From TPA_inf: Saccharomyces (Eukaryota): DNA of 64,000 nt. The stretch spans positions 512,001-576,000 of the forward strand of contig BK006943.2 in the NCBI GenBank assembly GCA_000146045.2, in the 5' to 3' direction. The notes under the pieces were generated by a model, which was not told the DNA's origin, searched no databases, and saw only the letters and a list, made by a program, of their open reading frames with translations. The translations under genes were made by a program, and so were the position numbers. Each line of letters begins with the position of its first letter. The first letter of the stretch is position 1. This document shows, one piece after another, positions 22,027 to 31,959 of this stretch.

Positions 22027-23751
22027 ATGTCAATTAGGCCTCTCACGTTAAACGGTTTAGATGAGCCAGAAACCTCTTTTGAAGAACTGAATACAACTCT
22101 ACCTCGCTTTCAATCCCATGAAACATTAACTTTGGAAGAAAACGTGCCACCATTGAGTACATCAACTTATATACCGCCTCCATCCTCGGTAGGTACTTCT
22201 GACACTGGCACGGTATTTTCCAATAGTACCAGCGCGTTTTGGTCTAATAAGCAAGCAGACGATGATCAGGACATGGAGGTAGACCAGGATGATGAATTTC
22301 TAAATGACTTCCAGGAATTCCAAAATAAAAAGGATGATTTTGACGATGCTATTAAAACAAATTTTCATTTGAGAAATGGATGTCGAACTGGCCCTTTCAA
22401 AAACGACATTTTCGCAGAAGAGTTTGATAGAAAACTGAGTTTGGAAGATAAACCAAGGCTAAAGCAACCTAGATCAATGATGGAATTGAAACCAAAAAGA
22501 AAACTATCAAATAGCGTCACTTCAAGAAACTTAAGGTCTGGTAATTCTGTAAGATTTAAGAAATCTATGCCTAACTTAGCTTTAGTTAATCCAGCTATCA
22601 GAGAAGAAGAAGAGGACGAAGAACGAGAAAGAGAAGATCAACGAGAGTTTAATTACAAGATTGATAACGATACGCAGGACACAATTTTGGCGAAATTCAG
22701 TTCAGATGATGAAGGTGACTTTCTGACAGGATTTGAAGAATTAGAGGGTGAAGCAATTGATGAAACGATTTCTTCGAACGATAAAGAAAGTGCCGACCAT
22801 CCGCGTTTCTTAAAGAAGTCATCCTCATCTTTGCCATTAAAAATATCACCTGCACAATATGATATAGTAAAGCATGACGAATTATTAACTCCAGGTCTTC
22901 ATAGGCGACAACGAGATTGGAATACCCAGCAGGAACTGGACTCTTTTAAAGAAAAACGATCAGTAAGACACTGTTCTAATCAAAATGTACAACTCAATGG
23001 TCCAGCTAAAATCAAAACAATAAAACAGCAAATTGATCATAATACTCCAATGAAGAAAGGTTCTATGATATATAACCCGAAAACTATGAAGTGGGAAGGA
23101 AATGAAAACGTCTTAAGCAAATTTAGTGATGTAGACACGGCAAACAGGAAAGCTTTATTGATAAAAAACAAGCTACAACGAGATGCAGATTCTAAGAAGC
23201 AAAAATATTCTGATCTACAGCATGCAAGAGCCACTTCGAGAAATCAAAAGGTCATCGGGAACATGATTTTAGATGAACAAAATTTAAGATGGGTTAGTGT
23301 TTCAGAGGAAGAAGCAGACCCTTTTGCAGGCATTCCTGAGATAAACTTACCACCAGTTGGCAAAAGTATGAAAAAACGTAGCTCCTCACCATTTTTGCGT
23401 TCCAAAAGCCAAGTTAATACGCCATTTGTTTCAAATGACAATGATGGCGTTTATCAAAGTACGGCTGCTCAAGCAAGACTCCGTAAATACCATTCAATGA
23501 GGACACTTAACGGTACAACAGAAACTCCAGAAATAAGCTCTACTTTCCATTTGAGTTCAAGAGCATTGGAAAAATTTTACCACGAGGAGAACAGGTGGTG
23601 TAAAAAGTTAGCCTCATGGTTTATACCCCGAGATGAGACCATTATCAGTGTTGATGAGGAAACAATCATGGATGAAAGTACGGTCAATAGCAAGAGAAAA
23701 TCCTATATGTATGAAATCAGGAACATGGTAATCAATTCGACAAAAGATTAG
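22027..23751 (+). CDS. BFA1: Bfa1, the mitotic-exit-network GAP component (with Bub2), 574 aa
   Basis: Starting at the ATG at 22027 (MSIRPLTLNGLDEPE) gives 574 aa, the known Bfa1 length. The track ORF starts 18 nt upstream at a TTG. Confidence 0.88.
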   Translation: MSIRPLTLNGLDEPETSFEELNTTLPRFQSHETLTLEENVPPLSTSTYIPPPSSVGTSDTGTVFSNSTSAFWSNKQADDDQDMEVDQDDEFLNDFQEFQNKKDDFDDAIKTNFHLRNGCRTGPFKNDIFAEEFDRKLSLEDKPRLKQPRSMMELKPKRKLSNSVTSRNLRSGNSVRFKKSMPNLALVNPAIREEEEDEEREREDQREFNYKIDNDTQDTILAKFSSDDEGDFLTGFEELEGEAIDETISSNDKESADHPRFLKKSSSSLPLKISPAQYDIVKHDELLTPGLHRRQRDWNTQQELDSFKEKRSVRHCSNQNVQLNGPAKIKTIKQQIDHNTPMKKGSMIYNPKTMKWEGNENVLSKFSDVDTANRKALLIKNKLQRDADSKKQKYSDLQHARATSRNQKVIGNMILDEQNLRWVSVSEEEADPFAGIPEINLPPVGKSMKKRSSSPFLRSKSQVNTPFVSNDNDGVYQSTAAQARLRKYHSMRTLNGTTETPEISSTFHLSSRALEKFYHEENRWCKKLASWFIPRDETIISVDEETIMDESTVNSKRKSYMYEIRNMVINSTKD

Positions 23752-24055
23752 CCCTTTAGCCTTCTTATAACTGTTTCTTTACCGTTATCTTGAGTACATT
23801 CATTTCTCTTACATTCCAAAATTAGATAGAACCTTGAATCGTGTCAACTTTTCGCCGACATTTCGCGTCTGACAGAAAAAGAAATGTTGCAGAAAATTCG
23901 AATAGATGTTTCAAATGAAAATAGACCATGAGGGACACATTAACATTTCAAACAAAAGAGCCCTTGATGATTATTAAAACAGATCTTTATGGTTTGTTTA
24001 GCAAACACTTTGGTAATTTCATGAATATTTGACTAGCAGGAACAGAAAATCAAAA

Positions 24056-25549
24056 ATGTTTAACCATGATTGGAAGTACTCCATTAATTCTAAGACTTTC
24101 GCCGATTTAAACATTGAATTATTTCGAAACCACAAGTTCAAAACTGTTTTAAATTACATAATAGGTGTAGTTGGGTGGAATGGATTAAAACTCGCCCTTT
24201 TTGTTTCTGACATTTACACATGTATCAAATTGCTGGCATTCAACTCCTGGTCAAACAACATCATCAAACCATACTTACCCTTTAAAATATCCAAATGGTT
24301 GTTTAGCGGTTGTATTTTAGCATCGATTGTGCTATTGATATGGGAGGCTATAGCGGGAATGAGGATTTACAAAACGGGAAATATCTCTTTGACTTATGTC
24401 AACAATTTTTCCAGAAACCTAAATTCAGTGCTCAATTATTCCAAGTTTTGTGTTTATAATATGATCGAACGAAAGGGTTTTCGACAGAAAATGACATTTT
24501 TTACTTTTTTTCAACTGAAAGATTGTATTAGATTAATCTTCACGGATACCCCAAGGCAAGTTATTAATGGTCTTACGCTGTGGTCAGTTCTCGTAACAGT
24601 AAATAAAAACGAGGATCTAGGCGATCTGGAATCATTTACCGGTTTGATCAACAAAATAAAGAACATTGGCCAGACCAATCATGAAGAAGCAGTGATATTG
24701 TCGCTGATGCTATTTTCCTTTATAATCTGGGCATTATTTGTCTTCAAGTTTCTGCTTGCTGTCATTTGCTCGATTTTTGTTTATTATAAAATAATCAATG
24801 ATCAGGAATATAGCGGGTTGCGTGAGTACATTTGTGTTACCGTCAGCGAAAATGTTGATGAACTTGTTGAAAGACAAAGGAAAAAGGAAAATGATGACAC
24901 GATTTATAAGACAGGTCTTCTCGAATCTCAGACTTTTGACGATTTTAAAGAAGTTGAAAATAAAATTGAAACATCTTTTAATGATACGTCATATGCTTCT
25001 AATAATGATTCTATGATTGAGCTAATAGAGAGAAGACCCGAATACAAAAGTCAGGATGTATGTGGGCCCATTCCCACAATGAAGAAAACGGAAACAATGG
25101 AATCGTTCGTTGACAATGGCAATCCACAATATACCACTAGATTCTCTGCGATTCTAGATTCACCATATATCAACAGCTATGAAAGTAATGATATAAAGAA
25201 AGCAAAAATACAAAGCAGAAGCGTAAATACTCCAAAATATGAGGATTTGTCTTCTTCTGACATTTTCAACAAAATACACTCTGCTGGACAATTAAAATCT
25301 ACAACTTCTATGGAGTTTCACGGGCCATTAGATTCTATGCCAAATACAACAAACAACATCCGTAATTTTAATAGCAACAGTAGTAGACCTAGACCACCTC
25401 CTTTACAGACAAAAAGTTCGATTAATTCAAAAGCTGACTCGAATGATAATGGAAGGATTTATACACCAATGAAAGCGTACTTCAGGGAGCCTGATCTTCC
25501 GAGGAAGGGTTTGCTGGAAGATGAAGATCGTACATATAATTATACTTAA
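24056..25549 (+). CDS. KCH1: Kch1 (Prm6 paralogue), a membrane protein implicated in low-affinity K+ uptake, 497 aa
   Basis: Starting at the ATG at 24056 (MFNHDWKYS) gives 497 aa. There are multiple TM helices in the N-terminal half and a Ser/Asn-rich tail. The track ORF starts at a TTG at 24029. Confidence 0.85.
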   Translation: MFNHDWKYSINSKTFADLNIELFRNHKFKTVLNYIIGVVGWNGLKLALFVSDIYTCIKLLAFNSWSNNIIKPYLPFKISKWLFSGCILASIVLLIWEAIAGMRIYKTGNISLTYVNNFSRNLNSVLNYSKFCVYNMIERKGFRQKMTFFTFFQLKDCIRLIFTDTPRQVINGLTLWSVLVTVNKNEDLGDLESFTGLINKIKNIGQTNHEEAVILSLMLFSFIIWALFVFKFLLAVICSIFVYYKIINDQEYSGLREYICVTVSENVDELVERQRKKENDDTIYKTGLLESQTFDDFKEVENKIETSFNDTSYASNNDSMIELIERRPEYKSQDVCGPIPTMKKTETMESFVDNGNPQYTTRFSAILDSPYINSYESNDIKKAKIQSRSVNTPKYEDLSSSDIFNKIHSAGQLKSTTSMEFHGPLDSMPNTTNNIRNFNSNSSRPRPPPLQTKSSINSKADSNDNGRIYTPMKAYFREPDLPRKGLLEDEDRTYNYT

Positions 25550-25764
25550 TAGGCTGGCAAAAGCCCTTTGCATATTTCATGAATTAGATAGACGTGATTA
25601 GAAACAGCCGTTAGTATGTTTCTGATAAAAATAATACTTTTTTTGTAACACTATTTTCATATATTGGATTGATACCGGTTATAGCACAAACATAACAGCC
25701 ATGAAAGTTTCTTTGAAAACCCCTTTTAACATTTGCTTGTAAGAGATAGGTTAATTTTTTATAG

Positions 25765-26045
25765 TTGCTGAGATTCCATTGTTGGTAAAGACTTAATATT
25801 AGGTATACAGAATATACTAGGAGTTCTCTCTGGGTATGTAGGAATCCACAAAAGGGTGTCACTAGTTCAACATAATAACATCTTTTTTTTATTCCTTCTT
25901 TGATATTTTGTCATATTATCCTATTATTTTATCAATCCTTGCATTTCAGCTTCCAATAGATTTGATATTTGTTTCTCAATATTATGTCATCTTCATACAC
26001 AGTATGTGATAATATACTAGTAACATGAATACTACTAAATGAGTA
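25765..26045 (-). mobile_element. Truncated, diverged Ty solo LTR (class B-like, delta/tau family), inverted relative to its homologue at 31447-31779
   Basis: The reverse complement of 31640-31779 aligns to 25765-25870 (ggtgtcactagttcaacataataa...). The reverse complement of 31470-31640 aligns to 25870-26040. Confidence 0.7.
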
Positions 26046-26102
26046 CTACCTTAGGGGTTCATTACAGCAGCTTAAGCGAAAGTAGAAAATGAGGCGGATA
26101 TT

Positions 26103-26434
26103 TGTTGGAATAAAAATCAACTATCATCTACTAACTAGTATTTACGTTACTAGTATATTATCATATACGGTGTTAGAAGATGACGCAAATGATGAGAAAT
26201 AGTCATCTAAATTAGTGGAAGCTGAAACGCAAGGATTGATAATGTAATAGGATCAATGAATATTAACATATAAAATGATGATAATAATATTTATAGAATT
26301 GTGTAGAATTGCAGATTCCCTTTTATGGATTCCTAAATCCTCGAGGAGAACTTCTAGTATATCTACATACCTAATATTATTGCCTTATTAAAAATGGAAT
26401 CCCAACAATTACATCAAAATCCACATTCTCTACA
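26103..26434 (+). mobile_element. Ty1/Ty2-type delta solo LTR (class A), 332 bp, 120 bp upstream of tRNA-Arg
   Basis: The termini are TGTTGGAATAAAAATCAACTATCATC ... ATCCACATTCTCtaCA. The conserved core is GAAGCTGAAACGCAAGGATTGATAATGTAATAGGAT. The length is typical of delta. Confidence 0.88.
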
Positions 26435-26554
26435 ATATTGATTTCCATCGTGTAAGTTTTCTGCACGAAGTTTATTCATTCAATTTGAAGTGCTTCGTAA
26501 TAATATTACTATGCAACTTAGGTACCTCATATTTCTTAGAGTTCAACCAAGTTG

Positions 26555-26626
26555 GTTCCGTTGGCGTAATGGTAACGCGTCTCCCTCCTAAGGAGAAGAC
26601 TGCGGGTTCGAGTCCCGTACGGAACG
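26555..26626 (+). tRNA. tRNA-Arg (CCU), 72 nt
   Basis: GTTCCGTTGGCGTAATGGTAACGCGTCTCCCTCCTAAGGAGAAGACTGCGGGTTCGAGTCCCGTACGGAACG. The anticodon loop CTCCTAA gives CCU. A T13 terminator follows. Confidence 0.9.
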
Positions 26627-26771
26627 TTGATTATTTTTTTTTTTTCGTTTCTTTATAGAAAAAATTCAGACGATATTACCTTGCGATGAGATAATCTTAC
26701 CGCAGAAAGAGTGCCACAGTGGTAATAACTAGTTGAAGGTTCATATTATATAAAAAACTCTAAGAATAAAA

Positions 26772-27266
26772 ATGGTATCTAGTGCAGTTAAATGTGGCAT
26801 ATGTCGCGGAGTTGATGGTAAATATAAATGTCCTAAATGTGGCGTACGATATTGCTCCTTGAAATGCTATAAAGATGCTGCAAAGCATGTTCATAAGGAA
26901 AGCGAACAACCCAGGGCTGGTACAGAAGCTAATGTGGAAGTTGTTAATAACGATAAGATCATAAACAGTTCACTCGCAATGAATAAAACATTAAAGACGA
27001 AGGCATTCGATGATATATATCAAAATAGCGCAGAATTGCAAGAGCTGTTGAAATACAACACGGTGAAGTTCCATTTGGCAAAGGTTTATAGAATTTTGTC
27101 CAGTACTGTTAACGATGGAAGTTCTGGAAAAATGAACAGCGATCTACAAAAAGAACTAGCTGTAAATTATTTGAATACATTACGATATGGTGGTATACAT
27201 TATAATGAAGCAATTGAGGAATTTTGCCAGATTTTATTAGATAAATTAAATGCGGTGAAGAAATAA
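26772..27266 (+). CDS. HIT1: Hit1, a zf-HIT protein (box C/D snoRNP assembly factor), 164 aa
   Basis: The N-terminal zinc-finger HIT motif is CGICRGVDGKYKCPKCGVRYCSLKCYKDAAKH. Length is 164 aa. Confidence 0.92.
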   Translation: MVSSAVKCGICRGVDGKYKCPKCGVRYCSLKCYKDAAKHVHKESEQPRAGTEANVEVVNNDKIINSSLAMNKTLKTKAFDDIYQNSAELQELLKYNTVKFHLAKVYRILSSTVNDGSSGKMNSDLQKELAVNYLNTLRYGGIHYNEAIEEFCQILLDKLNAVKK

Positions 27267-28610
27267 GAATTATCGTTGTTAGCATGATTTTTAAGATTGA
27301 GCATTTTATTCATTTTTAACCATATAATAGTGAAGGTGAGGACTAATAACAAAGTACTTGTTGAAAGGGTCGGGTTGCTTTTAGGTTTTTTCTTCTCGTT
27401 AAGGATTTCCCACTTGTCTGGCAAGGCGTCAAGCAGACTTGGAAAATAATGATATTATGTCAGAATTTTTGTGTGAGGCGCTTCTATTGCAAGTTTGTGA
27501 CACCTTATAATAAAAGTGAACCATGTATTTACATATGATTAGGGAAAGTTCCACCATCATCTTATGATCTTCATGGCCGTTTTGGTCTTCTTTTTAACTT
27601 GAAGTCCAACTTGGCGACTGTACATATATACATATATATAGCAATAAGTATAACAAGGCAACAAATCAGGTCCCATTATTTAATTTGAAGTCATCTACTG
27701 CCCCATAAGAACCTCTATATTATCAGTAGATTCTTTCTTTTAGGGAAATCGAACCTCGATATTGTAAGAGAAACCCGCGCCACTCCTAAAAAGGTATTTT
27801 GAAGGAGAGGATGATTTGGAGCAACATTTGGTACACTTTATCCTCAGTTTTTCGCTAACTACCTCGCAACTTGTTGTTGTGGATGAAATTTTTGATATTA
27901 ATTTCAATAAATAAAATATATGCAAATATCATTATAATTTGTCAAGTGCGGGAAATAGACTATGCAGTGATTTAGTGTGCAAGTTTGCCCACTTCACATT
28001 CATACCAAATATTTCTTCCCACTCATTTTTATCGTATTAGCACTACATACGTGACTTTTTAGCTCAGCTTTCGGACTGGATAGCTTTACTGACTTACTTT
28101 CTACAAGCGATATCATTCGTCACAGTACTCCAAAGAAGTCTGGGCATTTAATTTTCTTCTTTATCAAGTCCGCCATTATGAAGGAATGTATTGGGTAATA
28201 GTTGACATACCGATGTTCTGCTGGTAGCATCGATGAACGAAAATAGGTAACGGCTTGCCGCTGAAGATATTGGAAATGAGACAGATCATTCTAGGGTAAA
28301 ATGCGCTGTAGAGCTAGCGTCAATTGCGATTTTCGAACACTGGCTGCAGGTATTTCTGTTTTCTCGGCTTTCATTATAGTAATGTGAAGCTACTAGGAGA
28401 ATCACGAAACATCTTTTTAGTAGGATGAGAACACCACGCTCTCCTAACTGGAAGTAATTTTTGGTATGCTTAGAGATCTGTTCCTCTCTTATGACTTCTT
28501 TTTCGCCTACTATAAACTTAATATCAACATATTTAGTTAGTTTTTTCAGAGCAATACGTGTTTATTTTTTCACAACTTCGCATGGCATTATGTATCATTG
28601 CAGCGTAAAT

Positions 28611-28621
28611 TTTTACATTTA
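28611..28621 (+). promoter_or_regulatory. Perfect 11/11 ARS consensus sequence (TTTTACATTTA matching WTTTAYRTTTW) in a 1.5-kb ORF-free, AT-rich stretch. It is a candidate replication origin (possibly the annotated chrX ARS near 540 kb).
   Basis: Exact ACS match with an A-rich 3' flank (aacatatacacaaaaaa). An ARS is expected in this HIT1-YJR056C interval from my recollection of chr X maps. I could not verify this. Confidence 0.35.
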
Positions 28622-28765
28622 GTAATATCTAATAACATATACACAAAAAAGGGACAGATTTTTGAATTAAATAAACCAAGCGTAAATCAGTATTGCTCTT
28701 ACCGCAGTAGGGGGAGTTATCTACTCCTGCTTAACGTAGAGAAACAATAGTAAAAGTTATGCTTG

Positions 28766-29092
28766 TGTTGGAATAAAAATCAACTATCGGCTGGCAACTA
28801 ATAGGGACACTACCAATATATTATCATATACGGTGTTAGACGATGACATAAGATACGAGGAACTGTCATCGAAGTTAGAGGAAGCTGAAATGCAAGGATT
28901 GATAATGTAATAGGATAATGAAACATATAAAACGGAATGAGGAATAATCGTAATATTAGTATATAGAGATAAAGATTCCATTTTGAGGATTCCTATATCC
29001 TCGAGGAGAACTTCTAGTATATTCTGTATACCTGATATTATAGCCTTTACCAACAATAGAATCCCACCAATTATCTCAAAATTCACCAGTAT
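28766..29092 (+). mobile_element. Ty solo LTR, class B (delta/tau family; Ty1-like 3' half), ~327 bp
   Basis: TGTTGGAATAAAAATCAACTATCGGC...GAAGCTGAAATGCAAGGATTGATAATGTAATAGGATAATGAAACATATAAAACGGAATGAGGAATAATCGTAATATTAGTAT...GGATTCCTATATCCTCGAGGAGAACTTCTAGTATATTCTGTATACC...CAAAATTCACC. Confidence 0.85.
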
Positions 29093-29427
29093 CTTAAAGA
29101 GAATGTGGATTTTGATGTAATTGTTGGGATTCCATTGTGATTAAGGCTATAATATTAGGTATGTAGAAAGTACTAGAAGTTCTCCTCCAGGATTTAGGAA
29201 TCCATAAAAGGGAATCTGCAATTCTACACAATTCTATAAATATTATTATCATCATTTTATATGTTAATATTCATTGATCCTATTACATTATCAATCCTTG
29301 CGTTTCAGCTTCCACTAATTTAGATGACTATTTCTCATCATTTGCGTCATCTTCTAACACCGTATATGATAATATACTAGTAACGTAAATACTAGTTAGT
29401 AGATGATAGTTGATTTTTATTCCAACA
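29093..29427 (-). mobile_element. Ty1/Ty2-type delta solo LTR (class A), inverted and abutting the class-B LTR. Its end lies 80 bp upstream of tRNA-Asp.
   Basis: Reverse complement of TGTTGGAATAAAAATCAACTATCATC...ATCCACATTCTCttta, ~95% identical to the class-A LTR at 26103-26434. Confidence 0.88.
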
Positions 29428-29507
29428 TATCTCAACATTAATTACTCGGAACTTTTTTTTGATTTGTTATATAATAACAGAAAATCCAGATTTGTACAGA
29501 AAGAAAA

Positions 29508-29579
29508 TCCGTGATAGTTTAATGGTCAGAATGGGCGCTTGTCGCGTGCCAGATCGGGGTTCAATTCCCCGTCGCGGAG
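29508..29579 (+). tRNA. tRNA-Asp (GUC), 72 nt
   Basis: TCCGTGATAGTTTAATGGTCAGAATGGGCGCTTGTCGCGTGCCAGATCGGGGTTCAATTCCCCGTCGCGGAG is the yeast tRNA-Asp sequence. A T7 terminator follows. Confidence 0.95.
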
Positions 29580-29791
29580 ATTTTTTTGGCTACTGTTGCG
29601 GTTACATATAACATACTTTTTGCATATATCGTAAGTTATCAGACACCATCTGGCTCACTGAAAGTTTATTTCTATGTGCTTTCTGAAACGTATGTATATA
29701 TGAGATTCAAAAACAATATTTAAATATTTTCGATATTATACCTACAATGCAATGGGCTCCTTCTAACTTGAGAACCTCTTCCCGGGTGTTC

Positions 29792-30502
29792 TTACAGGTC
29801 CATATCCTGGCGGAAACTCCTTATGTCTACTTCTGAATCAGAATCCAATTTCGGTTTTTTTTCATAATGTGTATTTTCACGATCACGCTCACGCTCATGT
29901 CCAAGTCCCGTTATGTCATTTAGGTTTCTCGTGTCCCCTCTTCCGTGATTGATTGTTCGTGCTTTCCAGGATTTTATACGACTAGCATTCCTAGGAGGAT
30001 GTTCGACACTTAAAGGCGGCATAGAAAGTCTAAATTTAGGTGCTATATTTTCATTAATATTTGAGAGGTCCCCATTTGATTCGTTGAAACTGAAATTATA
30101 CTTGACTGCGCTGTCTTTTTCAAAAGGTTCCTTATGAGCTTCATTTTCGCGGTGTTGGTTTTCACTGAACTTATTAAGCTTTCTTTCCCTTTCTTTCACC
30201 GGATTTAAAGATTTATCCTGCGAGTTTGAAAGGATATCATTTCTTCGTTTATAGCACCAAGCCCTTAACTCGTCAGCAGTCACATTTGAGTCCAATGCAC
30301 ATAGTATATCATCCAAACAGGTGAGGTAGCCCTGATGTTTGGTTAAAGAGTTTTTCTCATTAGCCACCCGGTAAAGTCTTGTCACCGCATTGGCGGCTAG
30401 CTTGAACTCTTGAGAAAGTTCCAAATTAAGACTCTCAATCGCTTGCTTTGTAGGAGGTTGCTCTGGAGGTAAACTTGATTCCAATGAATGCATTTGCTCC
30501 AT
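29792..30502 (-). CDS. Protein of unknown function (YJR056C), 236 aa. The N-terminal ~110 aa are predicted helical and the C-terminal half is low-complexity and basic.
   Basis: 236-aa ATG-initiated ORF. Its length and its position between tD(GUC) and tY(GUA) match YJR056C. I recognise no catalytic motif. Confidence 0.75.
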   Translation of the reverse strand: MEQMHSLESSLPPEQPPTKQAIESLNLELSQEFKLAANAVTRLYRVANEKNSLTKHQGYLTCLDDILCALDSNVTADELRAWCYKRRNDILSNSQDKSLNPVKERERKLNKFSENQHRENEAHKEPFEKDSAVKYNFSFNESNGDLSNINENIAPKFRLSMPPLSVEHPPRNASRIKSWKARTINHGRGDTRNLNDITGLGHERERDRENTHYEKKPKLDSDSEVDIRSFRQDMDL

Positions 30503-30955
30503 AATTGAATATATTCTGCTCTTGAATTAGATATGTGTCGTCGGTAAAAAAGGTTTCTTGAAATGTAATTGTATGAGCTGCCACGATGCTAAACTGCAAA
30601 ACGACGTAAGACAAGTACAGTAGAATGAATGGCTGCGCTTCACCACCAATGATTTGTATCAGGCTAACGTGCACTTGGAAGGTGGAAACGATGCTTTTGT
30701 CCAGATGCCTTTACGAGTAAGGAAAAAGAACCATTTGAAATTTTTTCAAGCGCACTTTTAGAACAAATTCGAAAAGTGAAGAAAATATAGGTGGGGTAAC
30801 AAGGAAAAGAGGCTACAAGAGTTCGTTAATATATTATCTCCGTATTGTGTAAAGGAATATGTCACAATTTGATAATAACTCTTCGTTAAGAGCTTGAAAG
30901 AAATATTTCAACTTGCAAGTCTGGGAAGTGAATGGAGACATAAAAAACAAAAAAA

Positions 30956-31044
30956 TCTCCCGGGGGCGAGTCGAACGCCCGATCTCAAGATTTCGTAGTG
31001 ATAAATTACAGTCTTGCGCCTTAAACCAACTTGGCTACCGAGAG
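30956..31044 (-). tRNA. SUP4: tRNA-Tyr (GUA) with a 14-nt intron (89 nt precursor), probably the classical suppressor locus SUP4
   Basis: Reverse complement CTCTCGGTAGCCAAGTTGGTTTAAGGCGCAAGACTGTAAAtttatcactacgaaATCTTGAGATCGGGCGTTCGACTCGCCCCCGGGAGA. The intron follows the anticodon. T-runs lie downstream on the minus strand. The SUP4 assignment rests on remembered tight linkage of SUP4 to CDC8 and HIT1 on chr X and was not verified. Confidence 0.9.
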
Positions 31045-31446
31045 TATTTAATTGTTGAAGAAAGAGTATACTACATAACACATATACAATTGAAAAAGAG
31101 ATTTCAAATAATTATCCGGTCCTTCCAAGATGGTTCAGAGTGAAATTTATACTAAAGCTAAGGGATGGAAGAGAATACTGACAAATTAATGAACAAATAC
31201 TTGAAATGAGATAGCAACTGAGGAACAAACGTAAGTATTTTCAACGGAATTAGAAATAGCGACATCATGACCAGCTTATTCGCAAATGTGATTTTCGGTT
31301 GGGAAGTATTAAGTCAGCATCATCATATGAAAATACTTCATAACTTTTCTGGAGGATACCTTTTGAAGAGAGAAACCTGTATTTTGCACAGTGGATTAGA
31401 GCCGAAACTTCATATGCTGCTGCGTTATTTTCCATAGCTATAGTAA

Positions 31447-31779
31447 CGTTGGAACAAGAATCAACTATTACCTATCGAAGAGTTTTCATGTTACTATTAT
31501 ATTATCCCATACTGTGTAAGAAGATAACATAAGGATTGAGAAACAGTAACAAAGTCTAATGAAAGCTAAAAATGCAAGGATTGATAATGTAATAGGATAA
31601 TGAGTGACAAAGTATCAAAGAAGGAATAAAAAAAAGACATTATTATGTTGAACTAGTGACACCCTTTTGTGGATTCCTACATACCCAGAGAGAACTCCTA
31701 GTATATTCTGTATACCTAATATTAAGTCTTTACCAACAATGGAATCCCAGCAATTATCAAAAAATTCACCTTTCTTCCA
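31447..31779 (+). mobile_element. Diverged Ty solo LTR (class B-like), ~333 bp, ~400 bp upstream of tRNA-Tyr
   Basis: cgTTGGAACAAGAATCAACTATTACC...AAAAATGCAAGGATTGATAATGTAATAGGATAATGAG...GGATTCCTACATACCCAGAGAGAACTCCTAGTATATTCTGTATACCTAATATTAAG...CAATTATCAAAAAATTCACCtttcttcca. Homologous to 28766-29092 and, in inverted orientation, to 25765-26045. Confidence 0.8.
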
Positions 31780-31953
31780 AACATTAATTTGTTCCACGGG
31801 TCCATTTTTATAATTACGAAATAATTGTGCATTGGTAACAAAGGGAGAAAGCGATATCCTAAACTAGTAGGTTACAGTTGATAATATAAAAAGTTGGAAA
31901 ATAGCTTAGAAATGAAGAAGAGAATAACGGCTTCTATGCGGTTGTGACTTTTG

Positions 31954-31959
31954 ACGCGT
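31954..31959. promoter_or_regulatory. MCB element ACGCGT ~105 bp upstream of the CDC8 ATG
   Basis: ttttgACGCGTtagg. CDC8 is a known G1/S MBF-regulated gene. Confidence 0.6.

Noticed and set aside
28766-29092. Calling the class-B LTR specifically a Ty4 tau element
   Set aside because: It is ~327 bp, whereas tau is ~371 bp, and its 3' half resembles Ty1 delta. I cannot distinguish sub-families from memory, so I left it as delta/tau-class.
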